DNA from: Amoeboaphelidium protococcarum X5
Lineage: Eukaryota > Fungi > Aphelidiomycota
Reading direction: 5' to 3'
Assembly: GCA_023515725.1 (NCBI GenBank)
Contig: JALDTO010000208.1
Location: 497,868 to 561,867, forward strand
DNA length: 64,000 nt
Numbering within the stretch: the stretch's first letter is position 1; every line of letters begins with the position of its first letter. Below the pieces are notes generated by a model that had not been told where the DNA came from, did no database searches, and was given only the letters and a program-made list of their open reading frames with translations. Positions 39,793-54,778 of this stretch are shown here, in pieces. The translations under genes and the position numbers were made by a program.

Positions 39793-41415
39793 TCATTATT
39801 ATGAGAGAGAGGGTAGGTAAGACCATATATCCACTGAACCTTATCGCCGAGCTACTGATTATCTCAACTTCTAAATTTCTGGAGGTTAGAGAAGCAATAT
39901 CTTAGTCAACACCTAAACTAGCGACTCATTGGGATCTTCAGCAAACTTCAAAATTACAGTCTTCAGATACTCAGTGTTCACCACTTCCGGTCTAGATTTA
40001 AACTCTTCCAGTTTCCTCAACTCTTACTGCAGGAATACCACCTAAGTACGAAGATGTTTAATCTCATCCACATCTACCAACATATTGTCGCCTAGTTAAG
40101 ATAATTGCTGATTAGTTGGCGATCTTAAACTCGTATTAGATTACTAGTCAACCTATGAAGATTATGATATTTTCCGTTAACTTGTCTGCACTTGTATTTC
40201 AAGCTCCTCAATTCGATCAGTCATTTGCTGCATTTCAATAGAGTGCTTCGACTCAAATTCAGCCCTTAATCGTTATAACTCTTCCGCATGCTCCTACTTT
40301 AGGACAGTGATCTGTTAATCTTTATCTCTGATAGACTTTAAATATTATTCATTTAAAAGCTAAAGCTCTTTGACTTTCCTGCTTTAATCATCAACAGTCT
40401 ATTAAGTATTATTGAGTAACAGATTCAAATCGACCAATTACTAATCTTTATTAGTCAACTACTTTTACAGAGCATCGCAAGTTTACTCTCTATCCATCAA
40501 CTATTACCGCATTTACTCTAAACTGAGCTTTTATTCATTCAACTTAACATCTTGTCTCTTCAACTTTGATGCCAAATGTGTATTCTCATCATGTAAATTA
40601 TCCACTTGCAATTCCAACTCCTGGATTAACAACTTTTATTAAGCCTCAGAATCTGTAGATCCAGAATGAGATTAATTCTGCTATATCAAAGTCTGTGCCT
40701 GTTTTTTATAAGTCTGATACTCTACCTATATACTCTAAATACGATTATTCAACTCTTGAACTGTCTACTCAATCTCCTAATCTCTCACCACAGTCTACTA
40801 CTTGGAGTAATCAAGCTGGGATTGTAATTAACTGACGAGGGCTCGATTATCACCAAAATCTTTCTCCAACTGCTAATACTTGCCATTGACTTGATTCAAT
40901 TCCTAATTCTTGACCGCAATTTACTCCTTCAATTCAGCAATAGTCTTCTAATTGGCAGCCAGCACCTATTTCACCTTGGCAATCTTCTCCGAGTTGATTC
41001 GACTCATCTGCGCAATATCATTCTAATACTAATCACACAGAGATTATAAATTGGCAACTTACGCTTTCAATTCAGAATTATTTGCAATGAAGTTGCTATA
41101 ACTATTACTATTTATATCAGCAGAGTTGGAGAGTTTAGATGAAGATATCACCTTGTTATTGCTACTACTATCATCTGCGGAACTACCACCTCTAATCTAC
41201 TTAATACTTTAAAAGTCTTAATTCTAAGCTGAGACATCACCCTTATTATCACTATTATTATAATTTTCACTACTTAAATCTTAGATGGGTGCCAACTTGG
41301 ATGGAGAAGATGATGATAATACCTAAGAAGCTGGTGAAGCAGAATTCTTGTCCTTGATGGAATTGCTCATCTCTTCATCAATACTCTTGGCAACTTTCAA
41401 CAGCGAATTAATCAT
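39793..41415 (-). CDS. Coiled-coil golgin with C-terminal GRIP domain
   Basis: Gln-rich coiled coil; VNTEYLKTVILKF..LVQVLTKILLL.PPE. Confidence 0.85.
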
Positions 41416-41686
41416 TATTACTCTCTTGAAATTATACTCAAACAAGATATAGAGTTTTAAAATTAAATAAAGTTAGGCTTAATAAGTTATAATGTCAATA
41501 AAGCAGTGTATTCTACCCAAAGTACAGTATTAATCAACGGTTCTATCATCAATGACTAAGATGAATAAAAGAAAAAGAAAGAGAAAGTTACAGAAAAAGA
41601 CCAAGAGGCAAACAAGTTTAAAATACAAACTGAAGGAGGAATTTAAGAGAGACATTTATATTCATCTTTATCAAACTCATAAAGCA

Positions 41687-42949
41687 TCACAAGAAGCTGG
41701 ATTAGTTCAATTTATCTTCAGAGTAGTTGACGTGAGGATTACGGCCGTACTTACTAGCCTCGAGTTTGAGCTTATTCAAACACTGCTAGATTTACCTCTG
41801 CTGGGCACCAGATTCAGCGTTGTTATCATCGACACCACTATTATTTACAACATTATTATTCTCATCCACATCATGACCACCTGCAGTATCATCATCTTAA
41901 ACAGTGAGCAGGATAGTCAACATCTGCAGCATCTTCGGGAATGCATCAGGAGAACGTTTAGCATCTTCTGCATCAGATAGAGCTTTAACACAAGCCTCCG
42001 TAATTCTATCAATGTTCGGTAATACAATCTAGTCTCTATACGCTTTCATTAACAGATTTTATATCGAAAAATTGTCAAACTTCTTTCTAAACACGTCTAG
42101 CTATTACTGATGTTAATGCTTCTTCTACTTCAACACTTGACCACCCTCAAGATTATCTTCACGCACTTGTGGATCATCATCAAAATAGTTAAAATCATCT
42201 GAACTGAATAAAATCTCTTCTATTCTAACAGATAGTGGTAGAAAGCATCCTTATACATAAGGAACGATTGACTGCAAGTAGAATGTCCAAATTTCGATAA
42301 CTCTAGTAGCCAGTTTAACATCATCCAGTAATTAACTTGATGATCCTGTATTATTGCCATTACTATTATTACTGGCGGTAGTGGGAGAGGCAATGGATAA
42401 ATTACCAGCGTTCAACTGAGAATTAGAAATGGTCAACTTTAATCTATTACTCAGCTATTTGGCACCAATCTTGATCAGATTATAAACCAAGTCAACCAGA
42501 TGATATACAGACTCATACGTTGTTGGACTAATTAATTTGCGCACTTGCAGATTCAAGTCCTCAATTGGACACTTTAACCCTTCACCATTGTATAGAGGCA
42601 TAACTTTGAGCTCAATCTCTGACCAGATTGCAGATACTTCTTCAGGGCTTAATCGCTGCTGATACTATGACTATAAGGATACATTCTACAACTGATCCAA
42701 CTTTTACTGCATCATAGAGGTACCAAACAGAGACGACGAATTAATGAGCTGATTAGTTGAACTATTACTGGATGGCAGGACAGCTGTGGATTTTAATTTA
42801 TTAGAGACTGATGCAAGTTTATTCAAATCTGGCGCAGAAGTTTTTCGGGGAAGTGCAGCCATAAAACCAGAATTTGTGTTGCTACTGTTAGACTGAATAT
42901 ACAGAGACTAATGCTTGGCTTAATTTTAAGTACCACCGCCACTTGACAT
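41687..42949 (-). CDS. HbrB-domain protein (Bit61/PRR5-Protor, TORC2-associated)
   Basis: IWSEIELKVMPLYNGEGLKCPIEDLNLQV; IEIWTFYLQSIVPYVQGCFLPL. Confidence 0.75.
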
Positions 42950-43182
42950 TATTGAGATACTAAGAGGCAGATGTTTTTCGATGTCTCTCTATTAAGATGA
43001 CAGATTGAAACAGATTGATTCCAAAGAAGAAACGAAATTTAACGACGATGATGGATAAGATTGAAAGAACAATACAAAGAAGGAAAGTTGCATATGACTT
43101 GTTTAGTATTATAGAACACAAAGATCTGTAAGAAAAAATTAAAAATCTTAATGAATAAGTCTATATTTTTGTATTGTAATGA

Positions 43183-46100
43183 TCAAAAGGTTCCTCTGCA
43201 GAGAGGACAGGTGGAATTGCCGCTAGTTTTGAACCACTTGGAGAGACAGGCCGGATGGAACTTGTTCTTACAAGTCTTGCAGCGCTTGGTGGGCAGAGCG
43301 CGATCCAGCGAGCCGATTACACAGTAGCAGATGGCACAATCTTCAACACCACTGAAATGCTTGTCGGCTTCATTCTTGAACACCATCAATCCATCCAGGA
43401 GTGAGCCATTCTAAGATGACATTACAGTGTTAACATTCAACAACCATCTTCTCCATCTCTCCTCGGTGATTCCGACACGCGTCACGCCATTAAGTTTAAC
43501 TTGAGCTATTGGATAAATTGGGGGAATTTCAATGACCATTTCCAGATTGTTATCGTCAATCTTGTACTTTGCATTCACTGCACTCCCCTCGGAACTTTTC
43601 TGGGTCATTACTTGAAAGTTCTCCATCGCATTAGTCTTTCCCAATGATGACAAAACAGATAGCTCCTATTCTACTATAAGTGGGCACACGTACTATCGGA
43701 TGAATTCTGTGAATGCAATACTTAGCTATCGATCATTATTATCGTAATGCCAGCCTCTCACAACGGATGGTATACTTTTCAAAGCGCGAAAGAGCAAGTT
43801 GGCTGTTAATACTTGAGTAGTCACAGAACTATCACTATCTAAATGCTCTATTGCAAGCTCATCAAATTGATATTTATGAAAATCCAATTACTTCCTCGTC
43901 ACACTAGACTCTCCAATGAATAATACATGACAACAGCACGCCATGAGCACATTAATCAGTCCAGGAGAATCCCGCAAATGCTCAGCATAAGCCGCTTTGA
44001 GCTTAAAGTTGGCATGCTCCAGATTATCCATTAGGAGCATCCACAATAACAAGAAGGCAAATAGATCCGGGTTCTCAGATAGAGAGTGACTACCTACATC
44101 AACACGATCCAAAAGAGATTACGGAATATCACTAACAAGGTTGATCAACTCTTGAGGAAGCTGCGGTTTCTAAGCTTCATCCAACTATTCATTAGACGAG
44201 AGTTCCACTGCTTGAGACATGGCCTCCACCTGCTCATAAGTAAGCTGCCTTAGCAAAAGATATGAACTCTTTTGAACAAAAGGATTATTGCCGGATATTA
44301 ACTTCAATATTTGCTCGTACGGCCACTCTCTTTTAATTGCAGTTAAGGGAAGTTTGGCAACGATCTGAGCCACCAGATTATGCAACGCTGACAAGTAAAC
44401 TCCCTTCAATTGATCATAACTGTGCATCTCCAGAAATATGCTTACTACTTCATTCGACATTCTCTATACCAACGACTCCCAGATCTCCAACTACTGTGGA
44501 TATGGTTCAAATATGTAAGACTTGTCCATCAAAATGCTAAACAACTCCAAATTTAGATACACGTTATGCCTTCCCATATCGAGAAATGATGTCAACAGAT
44601 TCCTAGAGTAATATAGAATTCTCTCACATTGTTACTCTAGAAGATCATCAGCTGCCACAGTCAAAATTTAAATCTTCATCAAAATAGATTCCACCTCAGG
44701 GAACACAATATCGAGCCCATTAATCTGAAATAACGTAGGAAGACTTAACATCAATAGATCCGCGTCGACATTTCTAGTACCTACTAATTGATAAGGATTT
44801 TCCTTGGCATTTAACAAAAGATTAATAGTTCTTAACTAATCTACATTCGGCATTTGTAATTATTCCATCCATTCCACCAAGTGCGAATTCAATTTAGACT
44901 TATTAATCTTTGATTTCAACGCCACTATGACAGTCGCGTCTTTCAAAGAGATGTCAGCTTTCAAAAGCAAGTAATCAGCAATCAGTTGCAACCTATCTTC
45001 AGAACTGTTCAACGACATTATACAAGTAGCAGCGTAGAGCTCAACGAGACTATCAAACACCACCTACATCCAGTCAACTACATCGCTAATCTGCTATGTT
45101 GCTTGCAATAAAACATCACAGCAAGTAGAGCAAATATCACCAAGCAACTTAATATACTCTGCATAAGCTTTATTCTGGCGCCCGTCATTATCACTAGACT
45201 TCAAAACTAATGCAATATCAACCATATCTAGCACTTGAATACGGTGAATCAATTGTACAGATATCTTGTACAAACCTTGAGCAAACTCCAGATTCATATC
45301 ACCATTCTTCAGGCAAGAGATCAGAGTCAGATATAACATCAATTAACGGCCAACCACCGAAAATGAATCATCAGCATAATATGAAGGCGGCTGCGGCAGT
45401 AGAGTGTCAAACTGGGACTCGTACAGTAAACTGACCTGCTACTGCTCAGGCAATCGTACAGAAATATGATCGGCTATTGATTACAGCTAAGATAGTATTT
45501 TCTCATCCTATACAAGCTTAAGAATAGAGTCCTAATTTACATCTTTCAGAGCATCAATCATGACGTCGCAAAGAGATTAAACGGGCCAATATCCAAAGCC
45601 ATCACCCAAACGGGTATGAAGTATATTAAACAACTTGTGAATGGAGTCTAAGCTCATAGACCATCTGATCTTTCCAGTAAAATTATCGTCATGAGTCAAC
45701 AGAGCTTAATGAACTATGAGCAAAGAGCATTCCAAATTCGAAGGTAAATCATTCTATACCCAGCACTTTTCTATCAAAATCAAAGGAACAGCGTCTTAGA
45801 TCAATTACTGTTGCACAATACTATCTGCATGCTTAAGAAGAGATTCCGCCACTCTATCCGTCAATTTCTAGTAGTCTTCCGCCTTCATTATGCTATTACC
45901 GCGTAATAATAAAGATAATAAAAACCGCTACTGAATATCATTCCACTCAATAGCTTTAGCTAATTCCAGGCCATAGCTAACAATGCGTTCAGAATGCACC
46001 ATCTACAAATCTTTAGCTTCTTCCATAACTTGCACCAGATATAACAAATGCTTCTCAATGTCAACTACAGAAAGCACCTAGTCTAATATAGATCTATAAT

Positions 46101-47892
46101 CAAATTTCTACAAGACTAAAATAGTCAACTTGGCCAGTAAATCAGTGTTATTCGTATCGCTAATGTTTCCTTTTATGATATCAGCAAATATAGACGTATC
46201 ATTGACTAGAGATACATCCGACTTTACCATCTTAAGCAGCAACTTCAGATATGACTAAGAGAAATTATTTGCTTCTTTTGCACCTGCAATCACATTACTC
46301 GCAGCATCATTATAAATACTGCGCTTCACTGAGGCATCTTGGCAACATTCCACAAAAACTATAACTCTATCGACAACGACAGTGAACTCATCCGGTGATA
46401 ATAAATTTCCAGAAGCAAAATCCTTCTTTTCGCAAATTAAAGTTTAAACATTATCGCAAACGATATCCTGAAAGCGATTCAAACGAAATAATATCGACCA
46501 CATTTTGGTAGATAGATATTCCACATCCAATTTGTCAGCCAAATGCTTCCATTAATGAGGACACAGAGCAAGAGACTGTGCATTCTACAGCAATTACGGA
46601 ACGGCTTCCGGCTGATCGCTATTCATAAATACAATATAATCAAAGTAAGCATCCACAAAATACTTAAAGTTGCGTAAATTCATATGTTCAGAACTTAAAC
46701 TGGCCCAAATCTAATTCGCAAAATCTGCAGATATCAACTACTTAAGAGATGTCAATGGCACTGACGCGATATAAACCACAAGACATGGGAAGGATAGCTG
46801 AACAGATCCATAGCAGCACTGTCTTACAAACGTAAGAAACTATTTAGCAATCTACTTGTCCATCTTGCCATCACCATACAAAGATGCGCAATACTTATTC
46901 ACCATCAACACAGCATCCCACATATCCTAATGCGACAATACATCTTTGTCAGCGAATAAATTCTTAATGAAATACTTTTAAACATATTCAGATTATTGAA
47001 GAACCAAATCAGCTTTAACTGAGGCCATAGTAGAAAGTACATGATACGCAGCAGATCTAATATAAGGATCTGAGTGAACCAACTTATTCCAGAGCTTATC
47101 GTTGACCAACAACTAATTCAACAGCAGCGGACTCTAAAGACATTTTGATCTAACCGTCTCTGACTATTCAAGTAAGTAAGATATGCTTCTAAGACACCCA
47201 CTGACCACATGAGAATATCTAGTGGCTATTTCCTCAGCTGACATGTAACGTGGATCACTGATAGTCTGCTCCGTCTTCACCAGTAAATGATCTACAGCGT
47301 ATTGTAAAATCTACTCCATGGTAAAAATCAGTGCATTCTAGAGCTTCTCCTGGGCGGAAAACAGTTCGTGAAGAGCCTTTGATGCAACCGCTGCCACTTC
47401 ACGATTCAAGTCAAATGTAGAATTAAGCCATGGGCCCATCAGATCTCTCAACTAAGGACCTACTTTACTCTTCAATCGCAAGACAAGAGACGCGTGTATC
47501 TAGTTGATAGACAGTCGGATCTTTCTATCTGAATCGATACTCAACTTGTAATAGACATTAGGCCAGACGGGCATCAGAGATAAAACTTCTTCATCCGTCA
47601 AGGAATCAACCATTACATTCAGTTCATCGACAGCCTTTTACTTTGTGATCGAATCACGCTTAGACAACTTTTTCAATAAAACGGATAACTCTGGCTTTAG
47701 TTGATCATACTAAGAGTCTACCGGATTAGAGGCAAATGAGGAACTGGCACCACTCTACTGACTGAATGCACTGAATCCAGTAAATACGTTAATGTTAGCA
47801 ACATTGCCACCAAGCAATTCAGCAGCCCGGGAACTATCAGAACTTACAACATTTTTCTTTTACTAAACAGCTGTACTCTTATCTCTTCCCAT
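43183..47892 (-). CDS. LTN1: Listerin E3 ubiquitin ligase (RQC)
   Basis: [36 protein letters not shown]; C-terminal RWD domain and [23 protein letters not shown]. Confidence 0.96.
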
Positions 47893-48028
47893 ATCTTATA
47901 CTCTTGTTATAATATTCCCAAATAATAGTAATAATAATAAAGCAAATGATGAAATTTAAAATTATTCTACTCTATTCTGAACTTGAACAAAAGAGAAAAG
48001 AAAACGAAAAGTAAAACTTTAAAGCACA

Positions 48029-48833
48029 ATGACACAAGACGATCAGTTGGAAAGCCTTAATGATATGTTTTAGGTAATTATTAGTCGAATATTACAATGC
48101 ATTTATGTTTATTATTCTGATTGAAAATAATATTATGTAGGAGCCTGCCGATTTTAGACCAGAGAGTCCAAAGGCGAAGAGAAGTGTTTTTGATCGATTT
48201 GATGGATCGCAGCTGGTGGTCAATCTTGTCGGATATCACAGCTTGTGGGCACATTATGCTTGGAATGCTGGGATCTATATAGCCAAATACATTGATAGTA
48301 ATCCTGATGTGGTGCGAGGCAAAAAAGTGCTGGAACTCGGTGCCGGCGCTGCTTTCCCGTCCATTGTATCTGCTTTGAACAACGCGTCGTAAGTTGTCGT
48401 GACTGATTACCCGGACATTGAACTGATTTAATAGTTATCGGATAATGTTTTATTTAATCTTAAAGCAAACACTGGGTAGTTTCAAGTTACAGGACATCTA
48501 TGGGGAAAAGATGAGACGTGGCTGGATGGCTCATTTGATGTTGTAATTCTGTGCGATCTCATATTCAACCATAATCAGCATCGGAATATGCTCGTGTCGT
48601 GTCAGAGAGCACTGTAAAACAAGGGAGGAATTGTGTTGTGCGCGTTCACTCATCACCGTCCGTGGCTAGCTGATCGGGACATGGAATTTATCGCGCTCGC
48701 TCAGTCTGACGAATTCCGTTTCAAAATTGCTGATTACACGCAAGTAAAGATGCCTGAGATGTTCACTGAAGACCCTGGCGATGTCGATGTGCGGTAGACT
48801 GTGCATTTCTACACATTGACTTATCGTTAATGA
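48029..48833 (+). CDS. EFM7: Protein N-terminal/lysine methyltransferase EFM7 (NNT1)
   Basis: MFQEP, LVGYHSLWAHYAWNAG, VLELGAGAAFPS, VVTDYPD, DLIFNH, FTHHRP. Intron 48074-48140. Confidence 0.92.
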
Positions 48834-49053
48834 TGATTAATTTCATTTTCTTTTCTATCAATACTTCCTTTGTCAAATGATTTGTTGGAAATGCGCGTTT
48901 TCTTTGAGTCTTGACGCGCTTTCCCTCTTCTCCTCCTTTTTCTTTTGCACTGGACAACAAAGCTTTGTCCGCCTTTGATCATTGCGATTATCCCTCAATA
49001 CCGTAGTCGTTGCATTTGCAGTTCATTAATAAATTTAAATTTATAGTTAGAGA

Positions 49054-50076
49054 ATGACATCAATTACGGATAAGAATTAGGAATCAACAACTATGCTTGA
49101 ACGATTTAAGTAGAGGCCAAAGTATCGACATAAAGCACCGCTGCAGATTTCATTTGAAGACAAGGCGTCAAAGCAGAGATAGTTGCCTATGAATCTGGGA
49201 GATGCGTCGTTGTATAACGTCTGGTTTGACAAATGGTACACTGAAGGTAAAGACAAATATGGTGGACTTGCGAATCCAGATTAGAAGGCGATTAGTAGAT
49301 GCAATCCTGCCAAAGATTCAGGACTGACCAAGGCAGATTTGAATGGTGCTAGGGATGCATTTTTCTGTATATATTTTGCTAAAGGTCAGTGTGGAAAAGG
49401 ATGGTAATGTCGGTATCTGCATCGAGTGCCAACTTAAGAAGATGAGGAGTATATTGAGAGGACATTTGATTGTTTTGGGCGGTAGAAGCACAAGGCTGAC
49501 CGTCAGGATTATATGGGCGTTGGATCATTTGAGCGGGAGTGTCGCGCTCTGAGTGTGTTGCGGCTAGGTGCATATGATGCTGATGATTATGAGCGCGTCA
49601 TTCGGAAGCATTTTAGCTAGTATGGAGATATAGTTAAGATTAAGTCGCTTCCTCATAAACAGGCTGCGATTGTAAAATTTTCTTGTAGATTGAATGCTGA
49701 ATTTGCCAAGGAAGCCATGTAAGAACAGTCTTTGGATCTGAAGGAAGTCATCATAGTTAAATGGGCGCCTGATGACGTGCTGGATGAAGAAGATGAGTAG
49801 AATGATTTGGCTCAGATTTAAGCTCGATTTGTGAAGCATCTCGTTGAGAATTAAGAACTTCCAGCTGTGTAGTCCATCCTCTCTTAAAGCAGAAGTGAAT
49901 AGGATTTGAACGAATACTTTGCCTAAGGTGGTAGTGATGATGAATAGTAGAAATCTATTGAGTAGGCAGACGTGGAGAGAGTGTAAGCTAAATCAAGTGA
50001 GCCATAAAGCTTGCTTCCATCTCGAGGACGGCAGTACAGCCAAGTTCCTCCTCCTCCGCCTCCTAAAAGAAAGTGA
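49054..50076 (+). CDS. CWC2: Pre-mRNA splicing factor Cwc2 (Torus/CCCH + RRM)
   Basis: YNVWFDKW, RCNPAKDSGLTKAD, FCIYFAKGQC..C.YLH, DCFGR, GVGSF, NAEFAKEAM. Confidence 0.92.
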
Positions 50077-50287
50077 TATATTGTTGAATATAAGTTTTGT
50101 ATTATATCGTTGAATTTTCAATTGACAAGCTATTATGTAGAACTTTTAACGCGTTTTTTAAATATGAATTTTCCGCACTTCTTTTATCTTCCGCATATAT
50201 AAGTACTAGATTTTGTTCATAGCATATATCTGTGTTTATTGAAATCAAAATCTTATTCAGGTTATAATAACTCGTACTCTCAATAAT

Positions 50288-51169
50288 ATGACGGTGGTAC
50301 AAAATGAGTCTGAGTAGACGGGTGGCAATGGAACGGATCTAACCATTGATGCTTCGCTGAAGGGGGCCCATTTTGACAAAACGTCATTTGCATTTATCAA
50401 CTGCGGCGATGGAGGAGACTCGTAATAGTTTTAATTCACTGGCGATGCATTGAAATAGCTCGGTCATGGCAATGTGCTGTTAACAATGGCTGAGACTTTC
50501 TTTGAAGGTTCCTCTGAAAAATCTTCGCTCCCTCCCATAGATCTGAATGTCGATACTGATCAGTTTAATGCCAGCGATGTTAATAGGATCATGTCAATGA
50601 TTTTAGAACCGTCTAGGTTGCAACTCTTTAACTTTGATGAGGATATTACCGGCCAAGAACGTTTGGTAAATGCTCTGGACTTCTTTAACATTCAACTACC
50701 AGAAAGTCCAGTCTCTGCATGCACCTCTTTGCTGTCGAAAGTTAAGAAGTATTTTGAGATGTAGAATGAATTAATGAGTCAGGTATACGGTACAGTGTCG
50801 TCTTCTGTAGCGCTCGCGTTAGCATTAGATTATATTGATTTCAAGGATATCGCGCAGAATGCTATGAGCTCTGGCGTAAGGTTATTCGTGGTCTATAATA
50901 CAGGCGGAGAGGTCAGAATCTGGCTCGAGTGCAATGGTAAAGCGATATCCACAAAAAATATGCAGTAAAAGCCGTATAATAATTTGGCTGAGTTTGGACT
51001 GAAGAAAGTCATTGAGCGACTCTCCAAGTCTTTGAAGGAGAAGTACGTTGGTTAATCGGTTAAAGTCGAGGTATTGTAGTAAAATGGTATCACCGTCCGC
51101 ATAGATCTGGCATCACCTTACTTTTGCATTATGGGGGAGCACTTTACGCGCTGTCCACTCGACAACTGA
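50288..51169 (+). CDS. BTB/POZ-like family protein, paralog 1
   Basis: NVLLTMAET..IDLNVDTDQF..MILEP..LDFFNIQLPESP, shared with the paralogs at 53903 and 55127. Confidence 0.7.
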
Positions 51170-51249
51170 ATTGGTCATAGTATTAACATTTTACAGGCGC
51201 ACTTTTAGTTGAATTATATGAATACTTTATTGTTACAGTTTAAATACGT

Positions 51250-51876
51250 TCTATCTTCATTAAAGTATATCCACTAACGCGTGAGTCTAATACTTTTATA
51301 CATCGTTTTGGATTAAGCCGGATTGCTTTGCATCTAAATCTGCACCCAGAAGATCTAGCGGAAGATTGTAACAAATTTAGATTATAGGCAATTTATATAA
51401 CTTTACCGGATGCTTGGACTTTTTACAGCTGGAATTCACATAGAATGCAGACAAACTTCCACCACACTTATATGCAAGCTGATTAGACAATAAGCGTTGT
51501 TACAAATGAAACTGCTTGTCGCGATGGATTTAGACAAAGCAAGCATCGCAAAACTATGGGCAATTATTACAAGTTAGAGACATCTAACTTCAGAAGATGC
51601 TTTATTACACGCAGAACACCCGATAGCAACGTAATAATCGTACTACTTAAAGTAGAGCTCATCATTGCAGGTCTCCACGCAATCGCGAAAAAAGACGGTC
51701 AGATCAAGCCTAACATTTCTCATTCTAAATGACACCTTAAATAGACTTGGTTTCTTCTTCTTTTTATTTCTTTTTTATTTATTCACCATCTATTCATCAG
51801 TATCAAGTGCTGTATCTTCCCACATGAAATCGAACACGTCATGATTGTGCAGTTCTTCCAAATCAAGATCAGCCAT
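51250..51876 (-). mobile_element. Decayed KDZ (Kyakuja-Dileera-Zisupton)-type transposon CxC-domain fragment
   Basis: CSACNK..VRCL/CNNCPQFCDACFVQIHRDKQFH, a C..C..RC..C..C..C..H..H pattern, with frameshifts. Confidence 0.45.
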
Positions 51877-52104
51877 TTATTTACTCGCCGACATCACCAT
51901 TATTGGGCTATTGCTAATTAGCAAATCTCTTACTGAGGCAATCCACTACAATGAGCAAGTAATACGCTACGCCTGCATTAAAGTAAACTGGTTATGTCGC
52001 TAGTAGATCCTTTAAGCATAGCTCTGGTAGATTACTACAATCCATTCCTCTTTCACCATTATATGAGCATCTCAGTAGCTGCTAAAAGTTCTAATAGGAA
52101 GTTA

Positions 52105-52176
52105 TTCATTTTTCTTGAAGGTTCCAGATTCCAATTGGTGACTGATCACTCTGCTTTACGTCAGATATTGCGATGA
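52105..52176 (+). mobile_element. Ty3/Gypsy RNase H fragment
   Basis: FLEGSRFQLVTDHSALRQIL matches YL.G..F...TDH..L. Confidence 0.7.
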
Positions 52177-53902
52177 AGTCGTAACAGATGATCAGGTGCT
52201 ACACGTAAAAGATATCTTGAATCATGATATATCGCTAGATAATCAAATCTTACAGATAAATGCAGCATTGAATTTGTTCGCTGGGAATGGCGTTTTTCAG
52301 CAGAGACTGCCTTACTCTGAGAGTAGGAAACCTTTTTAGACCCTTAGTTCGCATAGGTGGACACTTTGTACTTGCGGAGATGCTTTTTGTGTTCACCATT
52401 AGTAGATGAAAGGCCGGTTCCATTTCGTTGCGATCCTCTTCGCCCTCAATAATGATTCGTCCAGGCTCCTCGCCCGATGCCGTCCGTAATTCGTATAATA
52501 TGAGGGAAAATATGCAGCAACTTTAGATCGCTCAGAGCATGAATAAGTATCACTAAAGTGATGAGTTCCCTTGTCTTTATACTCTGACCACTACCTACCC
52601 ATCTCTTCACGCAAAGTTATAGTCAGCAATCTTCGAACGCCACCTACTTTTGGATGACTAGTCCAACAATCTTGCGTGAATATACAGCTAAAATTAGGCC
52701 ACAGTTCTGTTAAGGTGACTTGTTCTATTCATCAGAATGACAAATTCTACCAACAACCGTTAAAGTTACTTCAAAATCGGTGTTGTCCTCCATAATGGCA
52801 TAGTGCTACGCATCGGATTTTCTTCCAGTCGATGTTATCCACGCCGAAGCCAAAGCAGCCCTTCTGTTCCTGCAGGAACTACTTGACAATCGGTTAAACT
52901 TCAATTTCGTCGGCAGACCGTTTTCCTTTACTCATCATACCTTGTTTCGTAATATCAGCTAATTGAATGCAAACTAACTTGCTTAGTTTAGAACGATAAT
53001 GGAACGAGTCACAAGGCGGGAGTTCTCAGACGTTTGTATTATCACGCACATGCAGACAGTCAAATAACGTTGAAAGAACTATTTCGACCTTTAACTCTAT
53101 CAATAATCTATCGCCGTTCAGCAATATTGGTAACTACATAGTTCAAATACGCCAACATCTTGACTTCAAACGCAAAATATGTCAATCGCAGCATCCTACA
53201 AAATTCACACCATTCTTTAACTGGGCCTGCATATCCTTTCTAAGTATTAAAAGGCCTAGACATACTGAATTCCTTTTTCTAAGAACTACAGCAAATTGTG
53301 CACGGTCAATGTATACTTCCCCAGTTTTCCAGAGCGATACCTTTGTTGTAAAGCTTGTGCTGTAAACCATAATGAGCTGTCTAGAACGGACACGCGAACC
53401 TACAATGTAATGTCTCCCAAAGAGGCCTCACGACCTTGACCGCCAACCAACTTCACGCCGCGCTAAAAAAATTCACCAGACGACGCATAACCAAAGGACA
53501 CACTTTCAACATTGAACATTCACCGACTAAAGCCCAGAAAAGGGAGCTCATATTTAGACACTGTTTACGACACTACCGCCGTAAAATTCACCATTGTTCA
53601 GAGCTTTAACAATAGCATCGAATAAATCCATGTTCTCAAATCAAATTATAGTAAGATCATTATTGCATACAGTATTTGGTGATTGTATTGCTTTAAATTT
53701 CAAGTTGTACCCACTGTACCGTATCTAAAAACAAGAAGGAGGTAGGAGTAAGAGGAGGCGCTTGAAAAGTGAAGGAATCGCCTGTTGCTTTAACAACCTC
53801 CTGCAACCTTTCGACTCCTTGTTTGTAATTAAAAGTCAAATCTGCTTTTTGTATAAACTCCCAGCATCTACTTTCTGTGTGCTTATACATAGAAAGCCTG
53901 AA

Positions 53903-54778
53903 ATGACAGTGGATTCTAGTTTAGAGACGACTTAATGTTAGCATGAGAAGAGGTCGTTAGAGAAGCGTTGCTTCGGTGACACGACTTTTATATTCAATAA
54001 TCGCGTGGATGATTAGAGGGACATACAGTCTTATGAATTCTCTGGCAAGGATCTGGAGAAGTTTGGCAAAGATAATGTATTACTCACACTGGCTCAGACT
54101 TGCGTTGAGAACTCCACGATTGGAAAACGAAAGTACATTATCGACCTGAAAGCTGATACTGATCAATTCACTGCACAGCACGTTGACAATATGATGAATA
54201 TTTTGTTAGATCCTGGCAGTCTTGAGACTTTTAACTTTGATGAAGAGATGGAAAATTAGGATTACATGGCCAATGTATTGGATTATTACAACATTCAATT
54301 GCCATAAAGTCCCTTTTCAGTAGGCTCATCTCTGTTCTAGAAGGCTCGCGTTTATCTACTAGAGTAGCATTAGTTAAAGTGTAAAGTACAAGAGGCTGCT
54401 TTTAAGGCGTTCTTAACGGCGATGGATAAAGTAGATTTCGGCAAAATGGCAGACGGAGTGTTTGGCAATGGCGAAGGTGCCATGGTTGTGGTCACTTATG
54501 ATGCATCAGGCGAGGGGGAGATTTGTTTTTAAAGCGAAGATTATGAATCTGAAGAGATAATCTCGGGTTTACCAGAGTATTCTAATCTTGCTTCATACAA
54601 GTTGGCGCAACTGGTTAAAGAACTTGAAACTATGCTTCACACCAGATTTGTTGGTAAAGGATTAGTTTTCGAGACTAAGTATTAAGATGATGATGAACCG
54701 TGGTTTCTAATACGCGCTTACTTACAAATGGAATTCTTTAAGAGAATTCAGTCATATATTACTTGTAATTAATCATGA
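53903..54778 (+). CDS. BTB/POZ-like family protein, paralog 2
   Basis: DNVLLTLAQT..IDLKADTDQF..ILLDP..VLDYYNIQLPQSP; intact 291-aa frame. Confidence 0.75.
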
